64,000 bases of DNA from the NCBI RefSeq assembly GCF_937873725.1, contig NZ_CALMYY010000030.1, positions 2,157-66,156 on the forward strand, written 5' to 3'. The DNA is from an uncultured Dietzia sp. Its GTDB lineage: Bacteria; Actinomycetota; Actinomycetes; Mycobacteriales; Mycobacteriaceae. The notes under the pieces were generated by a model, which was not told where the DNA came from, made no database searches, and was given only the letters and a program-made list of their open reading frames with translations. Below, one piece after another: positions 1 to 10,655 of the stretch (its first letter is position 1; each line of letters begins with the position of its first letter). A program made the position numbers and the translations under genes.

Positions 1-1
1 C

Positions 2-1347
<1,346 letters not shown>

Positions 1348-1359
1348 CCCCCGCGAGAG

Positions 1360-1381
1360 GCCCGGCCGCTGCGGGCCGGGC
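1360..1381. terminator. GC-rich hairpin between convergent adoK and asnB
   Basis: GCCCGGCC (1360-1367) pairs with GGCCGGGC (1374-1381) around a 6-nt loop. There is no U-tract. Confidence 0.35.
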
Positions 1382-1390
1382 TGGCGGGGC

Positions 1391-3316
1391 CTAGAGGCGG
1401 ACCGGGTACTCGCGCCGCTCGATGTCCGGGGTGATCCGCCCCTCCACGAAGATGCCGTGCCAGATCATGAAGCACAGCATGGTCCAGATCCGGCGGCTGT
1501 GATCGGAGACGCCGTCGCGGTGCTCGTCGAGCATCCTCAGCACCGCCGCCTTGTCCACGAACTCGTCGGTGCCGGAGGCCATGACGTGCTCGCGGGCCCA
1601 GTCGTGCAACTCCGGTCCGGCCAACCAGTGGCGGGTCGGCACGGGGAAGCCGAGCTTCTTCCGGTGGAGCACGTGCGCCGGGACGATCCGCTCCAGCGCC
1701 CTGCGCAGCGCGTACTTGGTCGTGCCGTGCGCGACCTTCTCCGTGTACGGCAGGCGGGAGGCGACCTCGTAGACCTCGCGGTCGAGGAACGGCACCCGCA
1801 GCTCGAGGGAGTTGGCCATGGTGACCTTGTCCGCCTTGACCAGGATGTCGCCGCGCAGCCACGTGAACAGGTCCAGGTGCTGCATGCGGGCGACGGGATC
1901 CCAGCCCCGGGAGCGCTCGTAGATCGGCGCCGTGACGTCCTGGTGGCCCCACTCGGGCCGGTAGTCCCTGAGGACCGACCTCACCTGCTCCTCGGAGAAG
2001 GACCGCGCGTTTCCGTAGTAGCGGTCCTCGAGGCTCATGGAGCCGCGGTGCAGCAGGCTCTTGCCGCGGGTGCCCTCGGGGATCCGGGTGCTCGCCCTGC
2101 CCAGCGCCCGGCGCAGGCCGCCGGGGATCCTCTCGAACGGCGCGAGTGAGAGCGGCTCCTTATAGATGGTGTACCCGCCGAACAACTCGTCGGCGCCCTC
2201 TCCCGAGAGGACCACCTTGACGTGCTTGCGGGCCTCGCGCGCGACGAAGTACAGGGGGACCAGCGCCGGGTCGGCGACCGGCTCGTCCAGATACCAGATG
2301 ATCTCCGGGATCGCGGCGGCGAACTCCTCGGGGGAGACCACCTTGACGATGTGCTCGACTCCGATCGCCGCGGCGGATTCGGCGGCCACGTCGATCTCCG
2401 AGTAGCCCTCCCGCTCGAAGCCGGTGGTGAAGGTCAGGAGGTTCTCGTTGTGCCGGCGGGCCAGGGCCGCGATGGCGGTCGAGTCGATGCCGCCGGACAG
2501 GAACGAGCCCACGGTGACGTCGGCCCGCATGTGCTTGGCCACCGAGTCCTCGAGTGCGGCGGCGATCTCGTCGTACCGCCTCTCCTCCTGGCCGTCGGCC
2601 ACCGGGACGACCGGGAACGTCGGCTCGAAGTACCGCTCGATCACCGGGGCCGTGCCGGGGGAGAGGGTGGCGTGGCAGCCGGACTCCAGCCGGCGGACCC
2701 CGCGGGTCAGCGTCTCGCCCTCCGGGACGTACTGGAGGGTGACGTAGTGCTGGAGGGCGCGGGTGTCGAGCGAGGTGTCGACGACGAGGAGGTCGACCAG
2801 TTCGGTGATCGACTTCTTCTCGCTCGCGAACGCGGTCCCCCCGGGGCCGGTGGCCATGTAGAGGGGCTTGATGCCAAATGGGTCGCGGGCCACGAAGAGC
2901 GTCCGCTCGACGGTGTCCCAGATGGCGAAGGCGAACATCCCGCGGAGCCGGCGGACCGCGGCGGGGCCCCAATGATGGAACGCGACGATGATCGGCTCGC
3001 CGTCGCCCTCGGTGTGGAACGTCGCGCCGTGCTCGTTCCGGAGCTCCTCCCTCAGTTCCAGGTAGTTGTAGATCTCGCCGTTGAACGTCAGTGCGTACCT
3101 GTCCGGTTGCCCGGGCGGTCCCCAGCGCAGGGGCTGGTGCGAGTGGGCGATGTCGATGATCGACAGCCGGTTGAAGCCGAAGGCCAGGTCGCCGTCGGCC
3201 CACGTGCCCACCTCGTCGGGGCCGCGGTGGCGCTGGCACCCCATCGCGCCCAGGATCCGCGACTCGTGGGTACGGGCGGAGCCGTCGGGGGTCAGTAGAC
3301 CAAGCAGGCCACACAT
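1391..3316 (-). CDS. asnB: asparagine synthase (glutamine-hydrolysing)
   Basis: 641 aa. N-terminal MCGLLG gives the Ntn-amidotransferase Cys2, and SFLSGGIDST is the PP-loop. Synteny with Rv2201. Confidence 0.95.
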   Translation of the reverse strand: MCGLLGLLTPDGSARTHESRILGAMGCQRHRGPDEVGTWADGDLAFGFNRLSIIDIAHSHQPLRWGPPGQPDRYALTFNGEIYNYLELREELRNEHGATFHTEGDGEPIIVAFHHWGPAAVRRLRGMFAFAIWDTVERTLFVARDPFGIKPLYMATGPGGTAFASEKKSITELVDLLVVDTSLDTRALQHYVTLQYVPEGETLTRGVRRLESGCHATLSPGTAPVIERYFEPTFPVVPVADGQEERRYDEIAAALEDSVAKHMRADVTVGSFLSGGIDSTAIAALARRHNENLLTFTTGFEREGYSEIDVAAESAAAIGVEHIVKVVSPEEFAAAIPEIIWYLDEPVADPALVPLYFVAREARKHVKVVLSGEGADELFGGYTIYKEPLSLAPFERIPGGLRRALGRASTRIPEGTRGKSLLHRGSMSLEDRYYGNARSFSEEQVRSVLRDYRPEWGHQDVTAPIYERSRGWDPVARMQHLDLFTWLRGDILVKADKVTMANSLELRVPFLDREVYEVASRLPYTEKVAHGTTKYALRRALERIVPAHVLHRKKLGFPVPTRHWLAGPELHDWAREHVMASGTDEFVDKAAVLRMLDEHRDGVSDHSRRIWTMLCFMIWHGIFVEGRITPDIERREYPVRL

Positions 3317-3542
3317 TCGTCGGGTACCTCGTCGATCGTGGTCGGGGTGGGGCTGGACCCGCCGATACGGGTCACGATGGCTTCGAATACTACTGCTCCG
3401 GATCCTCCCGGCCGTGGTGCCGAACGGCGAAGGGGTGAGTTGGGTGAAAAGCCGGGACCCGCAGCGTCCAAACTGAGACTCGTGGTCTACTCTTCTAAGG
3501 TGTCCCGGCCACGTGGCCGGAGCCGCTGATCAGGAAGGCGTG

Positions 3543-4661
3543 ATGGTGGAACAGCGTGACGGGCGTCGTCGGACGCGCAGAGCTGCACTCGCGGTGTCTC
3601 TCGGCACATTGGGCTTGCTGTTGTCCGGTTGTAGCCTCCACACCGACAACAAATGGTGGAACCAGACCATGAACTTCGGGTTCCCCAACGGGATCACGCC
3701 CGAAGGCATCGCCATCAGGGAGTTCTGGACCCTGACGGTGGTCACCTCGCTGATCGTCGGCTTCTTCGTGTGGGGCCTGATCTTCTGGTCGATGGCCTTC
3801 CACCGCAAGCGGAAGAACGACAACGGCGAGTTCCCGCGTCAGACGGCGTACAACGTACCGCTGGAGCTGGTCTACACGGCGGTGCCGTTCGTGATCATCT
3901 CGGTGCTCTTCTACTTCACCGTCATCACGCAGAACAAGGTCCTCGACCTCCGTCCGGAGGAGGAGGTCGGGGTCAAGGTCGACGTCACCGCCTTCCAGTG
4001 GAACTGGAAGTTCGGCTACAACAAGGTCGACGTCGCGGGAGTGAGGATCGCCGACGGTACCAACGAGGAAGCCCAGCAGGCTGCCCTCGAGGCCGGCGTG
4101 CTCTCGGACGAGCAGCGTGAGGCGCTCGGTCACCACGGTGAGCCCGCCGCCGGTGGCCCGATCCACGGCCGACTCGCCGAGGACAAGTCCTACCTGTTCT
4201 TCAACGACATCGAGACCATCGGCACCTCGGAAGAGGTCCCGGTGCTGGTCGTGCCGACCGGTACCCGGATCGAGTTCCGCCTCGCGTCGGCCGACGTCGT
4301 CCACTCCTTCTGGATCCCCGAGTTCATCTACAAGCTGGATGTCATGCCGCACCCGGGCAAGAACCAGCAGCTGAGCATGTTCCAGGTCGAGCAGATCGAG
4401 CGTGAAGGCGCCTTCGTGGGACGGTGTGCCGAGATGTGCGGCGCGTACCACGCGATGATGAACTTCGAACTCCGGGCCGTGTCGCCCGAGGACTTCGCGA
4501 AGTACATCCAGTTCCGTGAGGACAACCCGACCGCGTCCAACGCGGAGGCCCTGCAGTCCATCGGGCAGGCGCCGTACTCCACGTCCACGGCACCGTTCAA
4601 GACCGGACGTAGCGATACCCGCGACCAGAACAACATCATCGAGAACGCATCCGCTAACTGA
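3543..4661 (+). CDS. ctaC: cytochrome c oxidase (aa3) subunit II
   Basis: Lipobox LLSGC, two TM helices, and the CuA motif HSFWIPEF...CAEMCGAYHAMM. The ORF opens at GTG 3513, but AGGAAGG (3532-3538) precedes ATG 3543 and a palindrome covers 3505-3520. The start is therefore uncertain between 3513, 3540 and 3543. Confidence 0.9.
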   Translation: MVEQRDGRRRTRRAALAVSLGTLGLLLSGCSLHTDNKWWNQTMNFGFPNGITPEGIAIREFWTLTVVTSLIVGFFVWGLIFWSMAFHRKRKNDNGEFPRQTAYNVPLELVYTAVPFVIISVLFYFTVITQNKVLDLRPEEEVGVKVDVTAFQWNWKFGYNKVDVAGVRIADGTNEEAQQAALEAGVLSDEQREALGHHGEPAAGGPIHGRLAEDKSYLFFNDIETIGTSEEVPVLVVPTGTRIEFRLASADVVHSFWIPEFIYKLDVMPHPGKNQQLSMFQVEQIEREGAFVGRCAEMCGAYHAMMNFELRAVSPEDFAKYIQFREDNPTASNAEALQSIGQAPYSTSTAPFKTGRSDTRDQNNIIENASAN

Positions 4662-4698
4662 CGTCTCTCTCCGGTATCACGCGAAGGGCTCCTGCACG

Positions 4699-5115
4699 AT
4701 GAACGCAACAGTAAGAATCTTCGACGGACTGGTGATCTTCCTCGCCGTCATGGCCATCGCGTACGGCTACCTCACGGGCGCCTCGCGTACCGGGGTCGAG
4801 TGGGTCGGCACCACCGCCCTGGTGCTGTCCGCGGGGCTCTGCCTGCTGGTCGGCGGCTACCTGCGCTTCGTGGCCCGTCGCATCAGCACGCTGCCCGAGG
4901 ACTACGAAGAGGCGGAGGTCTCGGACGGCGCGGGCGAGCTGGGCTTCTTCAGCCCTCACAGCTACTGGCCGTTCTTCATGGCGTTCTCGATCCTCATCCT
5001 CGGTTACGGCGCCGCCTTCTGGAACTGGTGGATCCTCATCGCCGGAGCGGTGGCGCTGATCATCACCGCCTCCGCGCTGGTGTTCGAGTACCACTGGGGC
5101 CGCGAGAAGCACTGA
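4699..5115 (+). CDS. ctaF: cytochrome c oxidase subunit IV (CtaF)
   Basis: 138-aa hydrophobic protein from ATG 4699 (MNATVRIFDGLVIFLAVMAIAYG...). It lies immediately after ctaC, as Rv2199c does. The longer 199-aa ORF would overlap the ctaC 3' end. Confidence 0.8.
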   Translation: MNATVRIFDGLVIFLAVMAIAYGYLTGASRTGVEWVGTTALVLSAGLCLLVGGYLRFVARRISTLPEDYEEAEVSDGAGELGFFSPHSYWPFFMAFSILILGYGAAFWNWWILIAGAVALIITASALVFEYHWGREKH

Positions 5116-5134
5116 CCCCACGCCACCGCGTGCA

Positions 5135-5178
5135 GCCGGGCCCCCACCGCGATCCGCGGTGGGGGCCCGGCTTGTTGT
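5135..5178. terminator. intrinsic terminator after ctaF
   Basis: Perfect 17-bp stem: GCCGGGCCCCCACCGCG, loop ATC, CGCGGTGGGGGCCCGGC, followed by TTGTTGT. Confidence 0.7.
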
Positions 5179-5224
5179 CCGCCGTCCTGGGATGATCGGA
5201 TCGTGAGGGACCGCGAGACGGGTC

Positions 5225-5262
5225 GGGCCGGGGCCACTGCGCGTCGGCAGCGGCCCCGGCCC
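5225..5262. terminator. hairpin downstream of the acyl-CoA dehydrogenase gene (minus strand)
   Basis: GGGCCGGGGCC (5225-5235) pairs with GGCCCCGGCCC (5252-5262). An inner CTGC/GCAG pairing lies in the loop. No U-tract. Confidence 0.4.
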
Positions 5263-5297
5263 GTGCGGTCCCGGAGGGAGGCGTACAGGGGGCAGGC

Positions 5298-6455
5298 TTA
5301 CAGCCCCATGTCCTTGGCGATGATGGACTTCATGACCTCGTTGGTCCCGCCGTAGATCCGGTTGACCCGGTTGTCCGAGTACAGGCGCGCGATCGGGTAC
5401 TCGTTCATGAAGCCGTAGCCGCCGTGCAGCTGGAGACAGCGGTCGATGACCTCCGCCGCGACCTCGGTGCAGAACAGCTTGGCGGAGGCCGCCTCGGCCG
5501 CGGTCAGCTCGCCCGCGTCCAGGGCCTCGAGGGCGCGGTCCGCGACGGCCTGGGCGGCGTCGACCTTGGCCTGGCAGGCGGCCAGCTCGAACTTCGTGTT
5601 CTGGAACTCGGCGACCTGCTTGCCAAACACGACTCGCTGCTGCGTGTACTCCTTGGCGAAGCGCACGGCGGCCGCGGCCTGGGCGTACGCACCGTAGGCG
5701 ATACCCCAACGCTCGGACGGCAGGTTCTGGCCGAGGTAGAAGAACCCGCGGTTCTCCTCGCCCAGCAGGTCCTCGACGGGAACCTTGACGTCCGTGAACG
5801 AGAGCTCGGCGGTGTCGGAGGTCTTGAGGCCGACCTTGTCCAGCTTGCGTCCCACCGCGTAACCCTCGAGCTTGGTGTCCACGGCGAGGAGCGAGATGCC
5901 GAAGCGGCGGTCGTCCTCGCGCGGGGGAGCGGTGCGGGCGCAGACGATCACCCGGTCGGCGTGGACGCCGCCGGTGATGAACGTCTTGGCGCCGTTGAGG
6001 ACGTAGTGGGTGCCGTCCTCGGAGAGCTTGGCGGTGCTCTTCATGCCGGCCAGGTCCGACCCGGTCCCCGGCTCGGTCATGGCCAGCGCCCACATCTCCT
6101 CGCCCGCGACGAACTTCGGCAGGTAGCGCTGCTTCTGCTCCTCGGTGGCCAGGGCCTTGATGTAGGGCAGTCCGAGCAGCACGTGGACACCCGAGCCACC
6201 GAAGTTCACGCCGGCGCGGGCGGTCTCCTCGGACTGGATGGCCTCGAACTTGTGGGAGTTGATGCCCGCGCCGCCGTACTCCTCGTCGACGTTGATGCCG
6301 AACAATCCGAGGTCGGCGAGCTTGTAGTAGAACTCGCGGGGGACGATGCCGGCCTCGAACCACTCCTGGAAGTGAGGGGTCACCTCGGACTCGATGAAGT
6401 CGCGGAGGGTCTGGCGGAAGGCCTCGTGGTCTTCGTTGAACACAGTGCGGCGCAA
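5298..6455 (-). CDS. acyl-CoA dehydrogenase
   Basis: Motifs ALAMTEPGTGSDLAGMKSTA and GGYGFMNEYPIARLYSDNRVNRIYGGTNEVMK. I place the start at TTG 6455, after GGAAAGG; GTG 6443 is an alternative. This gives about 385 aa. The 499-aa ORF has an R/P/G-rich non-homologous extension. Confidence 0.9.
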   Translation of the reverse strand: MRRTVFNEDHEAFRQTLRDFIESEVTPHFQEWFEAGIVPREFYYKLADLGLFGINVDEEYGGAGINSHKFEAIQSEETARAGVNFGGSGVHVLLGLPYIKALATEEQKQRYLPKFVAGEEMWALAMTEPGTGSDLAGMKSTAKLSEDGTHYVLNGAKTFITGGVHADRVIVCARTAPPREDDRRFGISLLAVDTKLEGYAVGRKLDKVGLKTSDTAELSFTDVKVPVEDLLGEENRGFFYLGQNLPSERWGIAYGAYAQAAAAVRFAKEYTQQRVVFGKQVAEFQNTKFELAACQAKVDAAQAVADRALEALDAGELTAAEAASAKLFCTEVAAEVIDRCLQLHGGYGFMNEYPIARLYSDNRVNRIYGGTNEVMKSIIAKDMGL

Positions 6456-6567
6456 GGGGATGCCTTTCCGTGGGATGCCCCGGCGAATTCCGAGCGCCGG
6501 GAGCGTCAGGTGATTGTCTCCTACTGGTGGCGATCGTACTAGGCCGCGACCTGCGACACGGCGAGGG

Positions 6568-7107
6568 TTACCCGCCGGTAGCTTGAGTGCCCGGGGCCGT
6601 GTCCCCGGATGCCGGCCTGGAGTCGAGGGCGGCGGCCGCGACGATCCTGATCGGCCCGCGGATCCGCGACCCGGGCACGTCCTCGCCGCGCTGCCGGATC
6701 GCCACGATCCCTTGGTCACGGAGTTCGAGGGCCACGTCCCTGGCGGTGTCCATGAGGTCCCGCCAGTGCTCGCCGCCGACGGCGCGCGCGGCGTCACTCG
6801 GGCAGATCGAGCCGCCCCCTCGGGACCGCAGGAGGGTGCGGATGGTGGCGGCGAGGCGGCGGCGGGTCCCCTCCTCCGTGGGATCCCACCACGGGTCCCC
6901 CCGTTCCCCGAGCGCCACCTTGGCGTCGTCGACCATCACCCTGGCGGCGTCGCCCTCGGTCTTCACGAGCCGGCGTCCCGTCATGAGGGCGGACACGAGT
7001 TCCGCGCGGAGCTTCTCCGGGATCGCCGGATCGGTCGCGCGCCACCGCCGACCGCCGACCACGATGTACCGCCCGTCCTCGGAGCGCTCGACCTCGTCCC
7101 TCGCCAC
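6568..7107 (-). CDS. DUF3253-domain protein (function unknown)
   Basis: The C-terminal SICPSDAARAV..WRDLMDTARDVALELRDQGIVAIRQRGEDV....GPIRI matches my memory of the DUF3253 signature. The N-terminal GRYIVVGGRRWRATDPAIPEKLR...DAKVALGERGDPWW module commonly accompanies it. The GTG 7107 start is inferred. Confidence 0.6.
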   Translation of the reverse strand: MARDEVERSEDGRYIVVGGRRWRATDPAIPEKLRAELVSALMTGRRLVKTEGDAARVMVDDAKVALGERGDPWWDPTEEGTRRRLAATIRTLLRSRGGGSICPSDAARAVGGEHWRDLMDTARDVALELRDQGIVAIRQRGEDVPGSRIRGPIRIVAAAALDSRPASGDTAPGTQATGG

Positions 7108-7257
7108 ACCGCGATCATGCTCCCGTGCGCCCGGGCTGTCACGAAACCGGGAGACGGAAGCGGGGGACCCGCCCGAGTCGCTAGGGTGAAACCTGTTCCA
7201 GTAAGTGTGTCGTCCGAGGGCGATGGCGAACGGCTGCAGGGGATCGAGGAGAGGCGC

Positions 7258-8844
7258 GTGACCGTGACGACCGGGGAGAACACCGTGGATGCCGAATTTG
7301 ACGTGGTGGTGGTGGGCTCGGGCATCGCCGCGCTCTTCGGGGCCGCGGCGGCGGTATCGCGGGGCCTGACGACCTGTCTGGTGGAGAAGACCGACCGGTT
7401 CGGCGGGACCTCCGCGTACTCCGGAGGGGCGGTGTGGCTTCCGGGCAACGCCGTCCTCGCCCGCGACGGTCTCGAGGACTCGGTAGAGAGGGGCCGAACC
7501 TACTTCCGCGCTGTGGTCGGTGACCGCACCGACCGGGACCTGCAGGACGCCTTCCTTAGCACCGGACCGCGGGTGGTGGACTTCCTCACGCACGACCTCG
7601 GTATCCCCACACGGTTCCAGGCGTTCCCCGACTACTTCGACGCCCCGGGGCGGCAGGAGACGGGGCGCAGCATCTACCCCAAGCCCATCAGGAGCGAGGA
7701 GGTCGGCGCCCGCACGGGGGACATCCGCCGCTCCGTCCCGGCCGACCAGTTCGGCGCCGACGAGGACACCGCCAAGCTGGAGGGCGGCCGTGCCTGGGTG
7801 GCCCGGTTACTCCTCGCGCTGGATGCGATGGACGCCGCCGAGCTGCGGCTCTCCACGGCCGTGGAGGAGCTCGTCCGGGACGACGACGGTCGGGTCGTGG
7901 GCGTGGTGACCCGGGGCGACGAGGGCCGACAGGTGCTGCGTGCCCGTCACGGTGTCCTGGTCGCGGCCGGCGGGTTCGAACGGTCCGCCGAACTGCGGGC
8001 ACGGTGGCAGCAGATGCCCACAGCCGACTGGTCCGCCTCCCACCCGGACACCGGGTCCGGTGACGCGGTCCGGATGTTCGAGCGGGTCGGCGCCCGACTC
8101 GACCTGCTCGATCAGTCGTGGTGGTGCCCGGCCACGCTCTTCCCCAACGGCCACGCCGCTTTCACCCTGGGCTTCCGCTCGGGCATCATCGTCGACGCCA
8201 CCGGGCGGCGATTCGCCAACGAGCTCCTGCCCTACGACCAGATGGGGCGGAGGATGCACGCGCGGATCACCGACGGGGCGGGGGACGAGTTCTGGTGTGT
8301 CTTCGACGACGCCGAGGCCGGCGGGTACCCGGCGATCTGCGTCCCCGCCCCCGACGCCGACGAGCTCCGCGCCGCCGGTCTCTGGCACACCGCGGCCTCG
8401 ATCGGGGACCTCGCCGCGGCGACGGGCCTCGATCCGGAGGCCCTGGCAGAGAGCGTCGAGCGGTTCAACGCGCTCGCCGAGCGGGGCCGCGACACGGACT
8501 TCGGCCGGGGTGAGGACCCCTACGGACGGTTCTTCCTCGGGGCGTCGACGCCGGGGGAGTGCCTACGACCCCTGCCCGGCGGGCGACTGCACGCCGTCCG
8601 GCTCGTCCTGGGCGACCTGGGGACCAAGGGGGGCGCGGTGATCGACACCAACGGGGCCGTCCTCGACACCACCGGCTGCCCCATCCCGGGCCTGTACGCG
8701 GCCGGCAACTCGTCGGCCTCGGTGTCCGGCGAGGCGTACCCGGGACCCGGGGTCCCCCTCGGGTCCGGGATGACGATGGCCTTCCGCGCCGTCGCCCACA
8801 TGGCGGGGGAGCCACTTCCGATCGAGGGGTCGCGGGTCGACTGA
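7258..8844 (+). CDS. FAD-dependent oxidoreductase, 3-oxosteroid 1-dehydrogenase (KstD)/fumarate-reductase flavoprotein-like
   Basis: The Rossmann motif FDVVVVGSGIAALFGAAAAV starts 12 codons after GTG 7258, which is preceded by GAGGAGAGG. The C-terminal LYAAGNSS...PGPGVPLGSG is typical of the family. About 528 aa. The 776-aa ORF extension overlaps the DUF3253 gene and is rejected. Confidence 0.8.
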   Translation: MTVTTGENTVDAEFDVVVVGSGIAALFGAAAAVSRGLTTCLVEKTDRFGGTSAYSGGAVWLPGNAVLARDGLEDSVERGRTYFRAVVGDRTDRDLQDAFLSTGPRVVDFLTHDLGIPTRFQAFPDYFDAPGRQETGRSIYPKPIRSEEVGARTGDIRRSVPADQFGADEDTAKLEGGRAWVARLLLALDAMDAAELRLSTAVEELVRDDDGRVVGVVTRGDEGRQVLRARHGVLVAAGGFERSAELRARWQQMPTADWSASHPDTGSGDAVRMFERVGARLDLLDQSWWCPATLFPNGHAAFTLGFRSGIIVDATGRRFANELLPYDQMGRRMHARITDGAGDEFWCVFDDAEAGGYPAICVPAPDADELRAAGLWHTAASIGDLAAATGLDPEALAESVERFNALAERGRDTDFGRGEDPYGRFFLGASTPGECLRPLPGGRLHAVRLVLGDLGTKGGAVIDTNGAVLDTTGCPIPGLYAAGNSSASVSGEAYPGPGVPLGSGMTMAFRAVAHMAGEPLPIEGSRVD

Positions 8845-8977
8845 CTCCCGACCCCGGCCACCACTGACCTTTCCGGAGGCCGCGGCCTCCCGGGGTGAGG
8901 ACCTTCTCGTCGTCGTCCCCCTAGACTCTCCACGCCCGCGGACCGACGGGGGGCGGCGTGGGGGGTGGACCGCGACA

Positions 8978-9019
8978 GACCGCGGGCCGGACCTCCACGT
9001 GGAGGTCCGGCCCGCGGTC
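8978..9019. terminator. perfect 42-nt palindrome, likely bidirectional terminator between the KstD-like gene and qcrB
   Basis: GACCGCGGGCCGGACCTCCAC / GTGGAGGTCCGGCCCGCGGTC gives 21-nt arms with no mismatch, centred on CACGTG. It lies between convergent gene ends. Confidence 0.55.
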
Positions 9020-9035
9020 GGGTGTTACCGGTGGC

Positions 9036-10655
9036 TCAGTGCTCGTCGCGACGAGTGAGGATCTCCTCCTGCAACGTGGTGAGCATGGAGTACTCCTGCT
9101 CGTGCTTGCCGTGCTCGGCCTTGTCGAGCAGACGGGCCTCGTCGGCCGGGTCAGCCGAGAGTGCGCCGCGCGGGGGACGACCGGCCACGCCGAGCTGGTT
9201 CATCTTGCTGGGCACCTTGGCGCCGGCGTACTCGAGCGGGACGGCGTGGCCGTGCTCGTCGACCTCACCGAGCGGCTGGTGGACCTCGATGAACTCACCC
9301 TGCGGCAGGCGCATGATGATGCCGGTCTCGATACCGTGCTCGAGCACGTCGCGGTCGGCGCGCTGCAGACCCAGGCACAGCCGGTAGGTGAAGAAGTACA
9401 CCAGCGGCGGCACCACGATGAGACCGATGCGACCGGCCCAGGTGGTGGCGTTCAACGAGACGTCGAAGTGGTAGGAGATCAGGTCGTTGGACCCCATCAG
9501 CACCAGGACCACGTAGAACGAGATGGCCATCATGCCGGCGGCGGTACGCACCGGCACGTCGCGCGGACGCTGCAGCAGGTTGTGGTGGGCGGTGTCGCCG
9601 GAGAACTTGGCCTCGATCTGCGGGTAGGCGAACATCAGCACGACCATGGCGCCGAGCATCACGGCCACCCACATCACCGCGGGGACGGTGTACGGACCCA
9701 GGTAGAGCTCCCAGGCGGGCATGACACGGGCGCCGCCCTCCGTCCACAGCATGTACCAGTCGGGCTGCGATCCCGCGGAGATATGGGAGGGGTTGTACGG
9801 CCCGAGGTTCCATATGGCGTTGATCGTGAACAGGCCCGAGAAGAGCATGAGCATGCCGACCGTGATGGCACCGAAGGCGACGGACTTGACCGCGAAGACC
9901 GGGAGGATACGGACGCCGACGACGTTGTTCTCCGTCCGGCCGGGCCCGGGGAACTGGGTGTGCTTCTGGTACCAGACCAGCGCGAGGTGCGCGGCGATCA
10001 GCGCGAGGATGATCGCCGGGATGATCAGCACGTGCAGCACGTAGAAGCGCGGGATCATGATGTCGCCCGGGAAGTCCCCACCGAAGATCATCCAGTGCAG
10101 CCAGGTGCCGATCACCGGCATGCCGACGATGATGCCCGAGGTGATCCGGAGGCCGGTGCCCGAGAGGACGTCGTCCGGCAGACCGTAGCCGAGGAAGCCC
10201 TCGACGATGCCCAGGAGCAGCAGCACGCAACCGATGGTCCAGTTGGCCTCACGCGGGCGTCGGAACGCGCCCGTGAAGAAGATGCGGATCATGTGGACGA
10301 CCATCGAGGCGACGAACAGCAGGGCCGCCCAGTGGTGGATCTGCCGCACGAAGAGCCCGCCGCGGACCTCGAACGAGATGTTCAGCGCCGTCTCGTAGGC
10401 GCGGGAGATCTCGATGCCGTTGAGGGGCGCGTACGCGCCCTGGTAGATCACCTTCGACATGGAGGGGTCGAAGAACAGGGTGAGGTACACACCCGAGATC
10501 AGCAGGATGATGAAGCTGTACAGGGCGATCTCGCCCAGGAGGAAGGACCAGTGCGTGGGGAAGACCTTGTTGATCTGCCGGCGCATGCCCTTGGCCATGG
10601 TGTATCGCGAGTCGAGGCCGTCTCCGACCTTCGCGAGTGTGGTGTTGTTGCTCAT
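9036..10655 (-). CDS. qcrB: cytochrome bc1 complex, cytochrome b subunit
   Basis: 539-aa polytopic protein ([48 protein letters not shown]...). Synteny with Rv2196. Its start overlaps the qcrA stop by 4 nt. Confidence 0.95.
   Translation of the reverse strand: MSNNTTLAKVGDGLDSRYTMAKGMRRQINKVFPTHWSFLLGEIALYSFIILLISGVYLTLFFDPSMSKVIYQGAYAPLNGIEISRAYETALNISFEVRGGLFVRQIHHWAALLFVASMVVHMIRIFFTGAFRRPREANWTIGCVLLLLGIVEGFLGYGLPDDVLSGTGLRITSGIIVGMPVIGTWLHWMIFGGDFPGDIMIPRFYVLHVLIIPAIILALIAAHLALVWYQKHTQFPGPGRTENNVVGVRILPVFAVKSVAFGAITVGMLMLFSGLFTINAIWNLGPYNPSHISAGSQPDWYMLWTEGGARVMPAWELYLGPYTVPAVMWVAVMLGAMVVLMFAYPQIEAKFSGDTAHHNLLQRPRDVPVRTAAGMMAISFYVVLVLMGSNDLISYHFDVSLNATTWAGRIGLIVVPPLVYFFTYRLCLGLQRADRDVLEHGIETGIIMRLPQGEFIEVHQPLGEVDEHGHAVPLEYAGAKVPSKMNQLGVAGRPPRGALSADPADEARLLDKAEHGKHEQEYSMLTTLQEEILTRRDEH

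Noticed and set aside
3513-3542. GTG 3513 as the ctaC start (longest ORF)
   Set aside because: The GTG lies in the middle of a perfect 16-bp palindrome and has no Shine-Dalgarno, whereas AGGAAGG precedes ATG 3543. I kept it as an uncertainty rather than a firm rejection.
6514-7257. N-terminal 248-codon extension of the 776-aa ORF (KstD-like gene)
   Set aside because: The extension is R/P/G-rich and overlaps the DUF3253 gene on the other strand. The Rossmann fold begins right after GTG 7258, which has its own GAGGAGAGG ribosome-binding site. Family members are about 510-560 aa.
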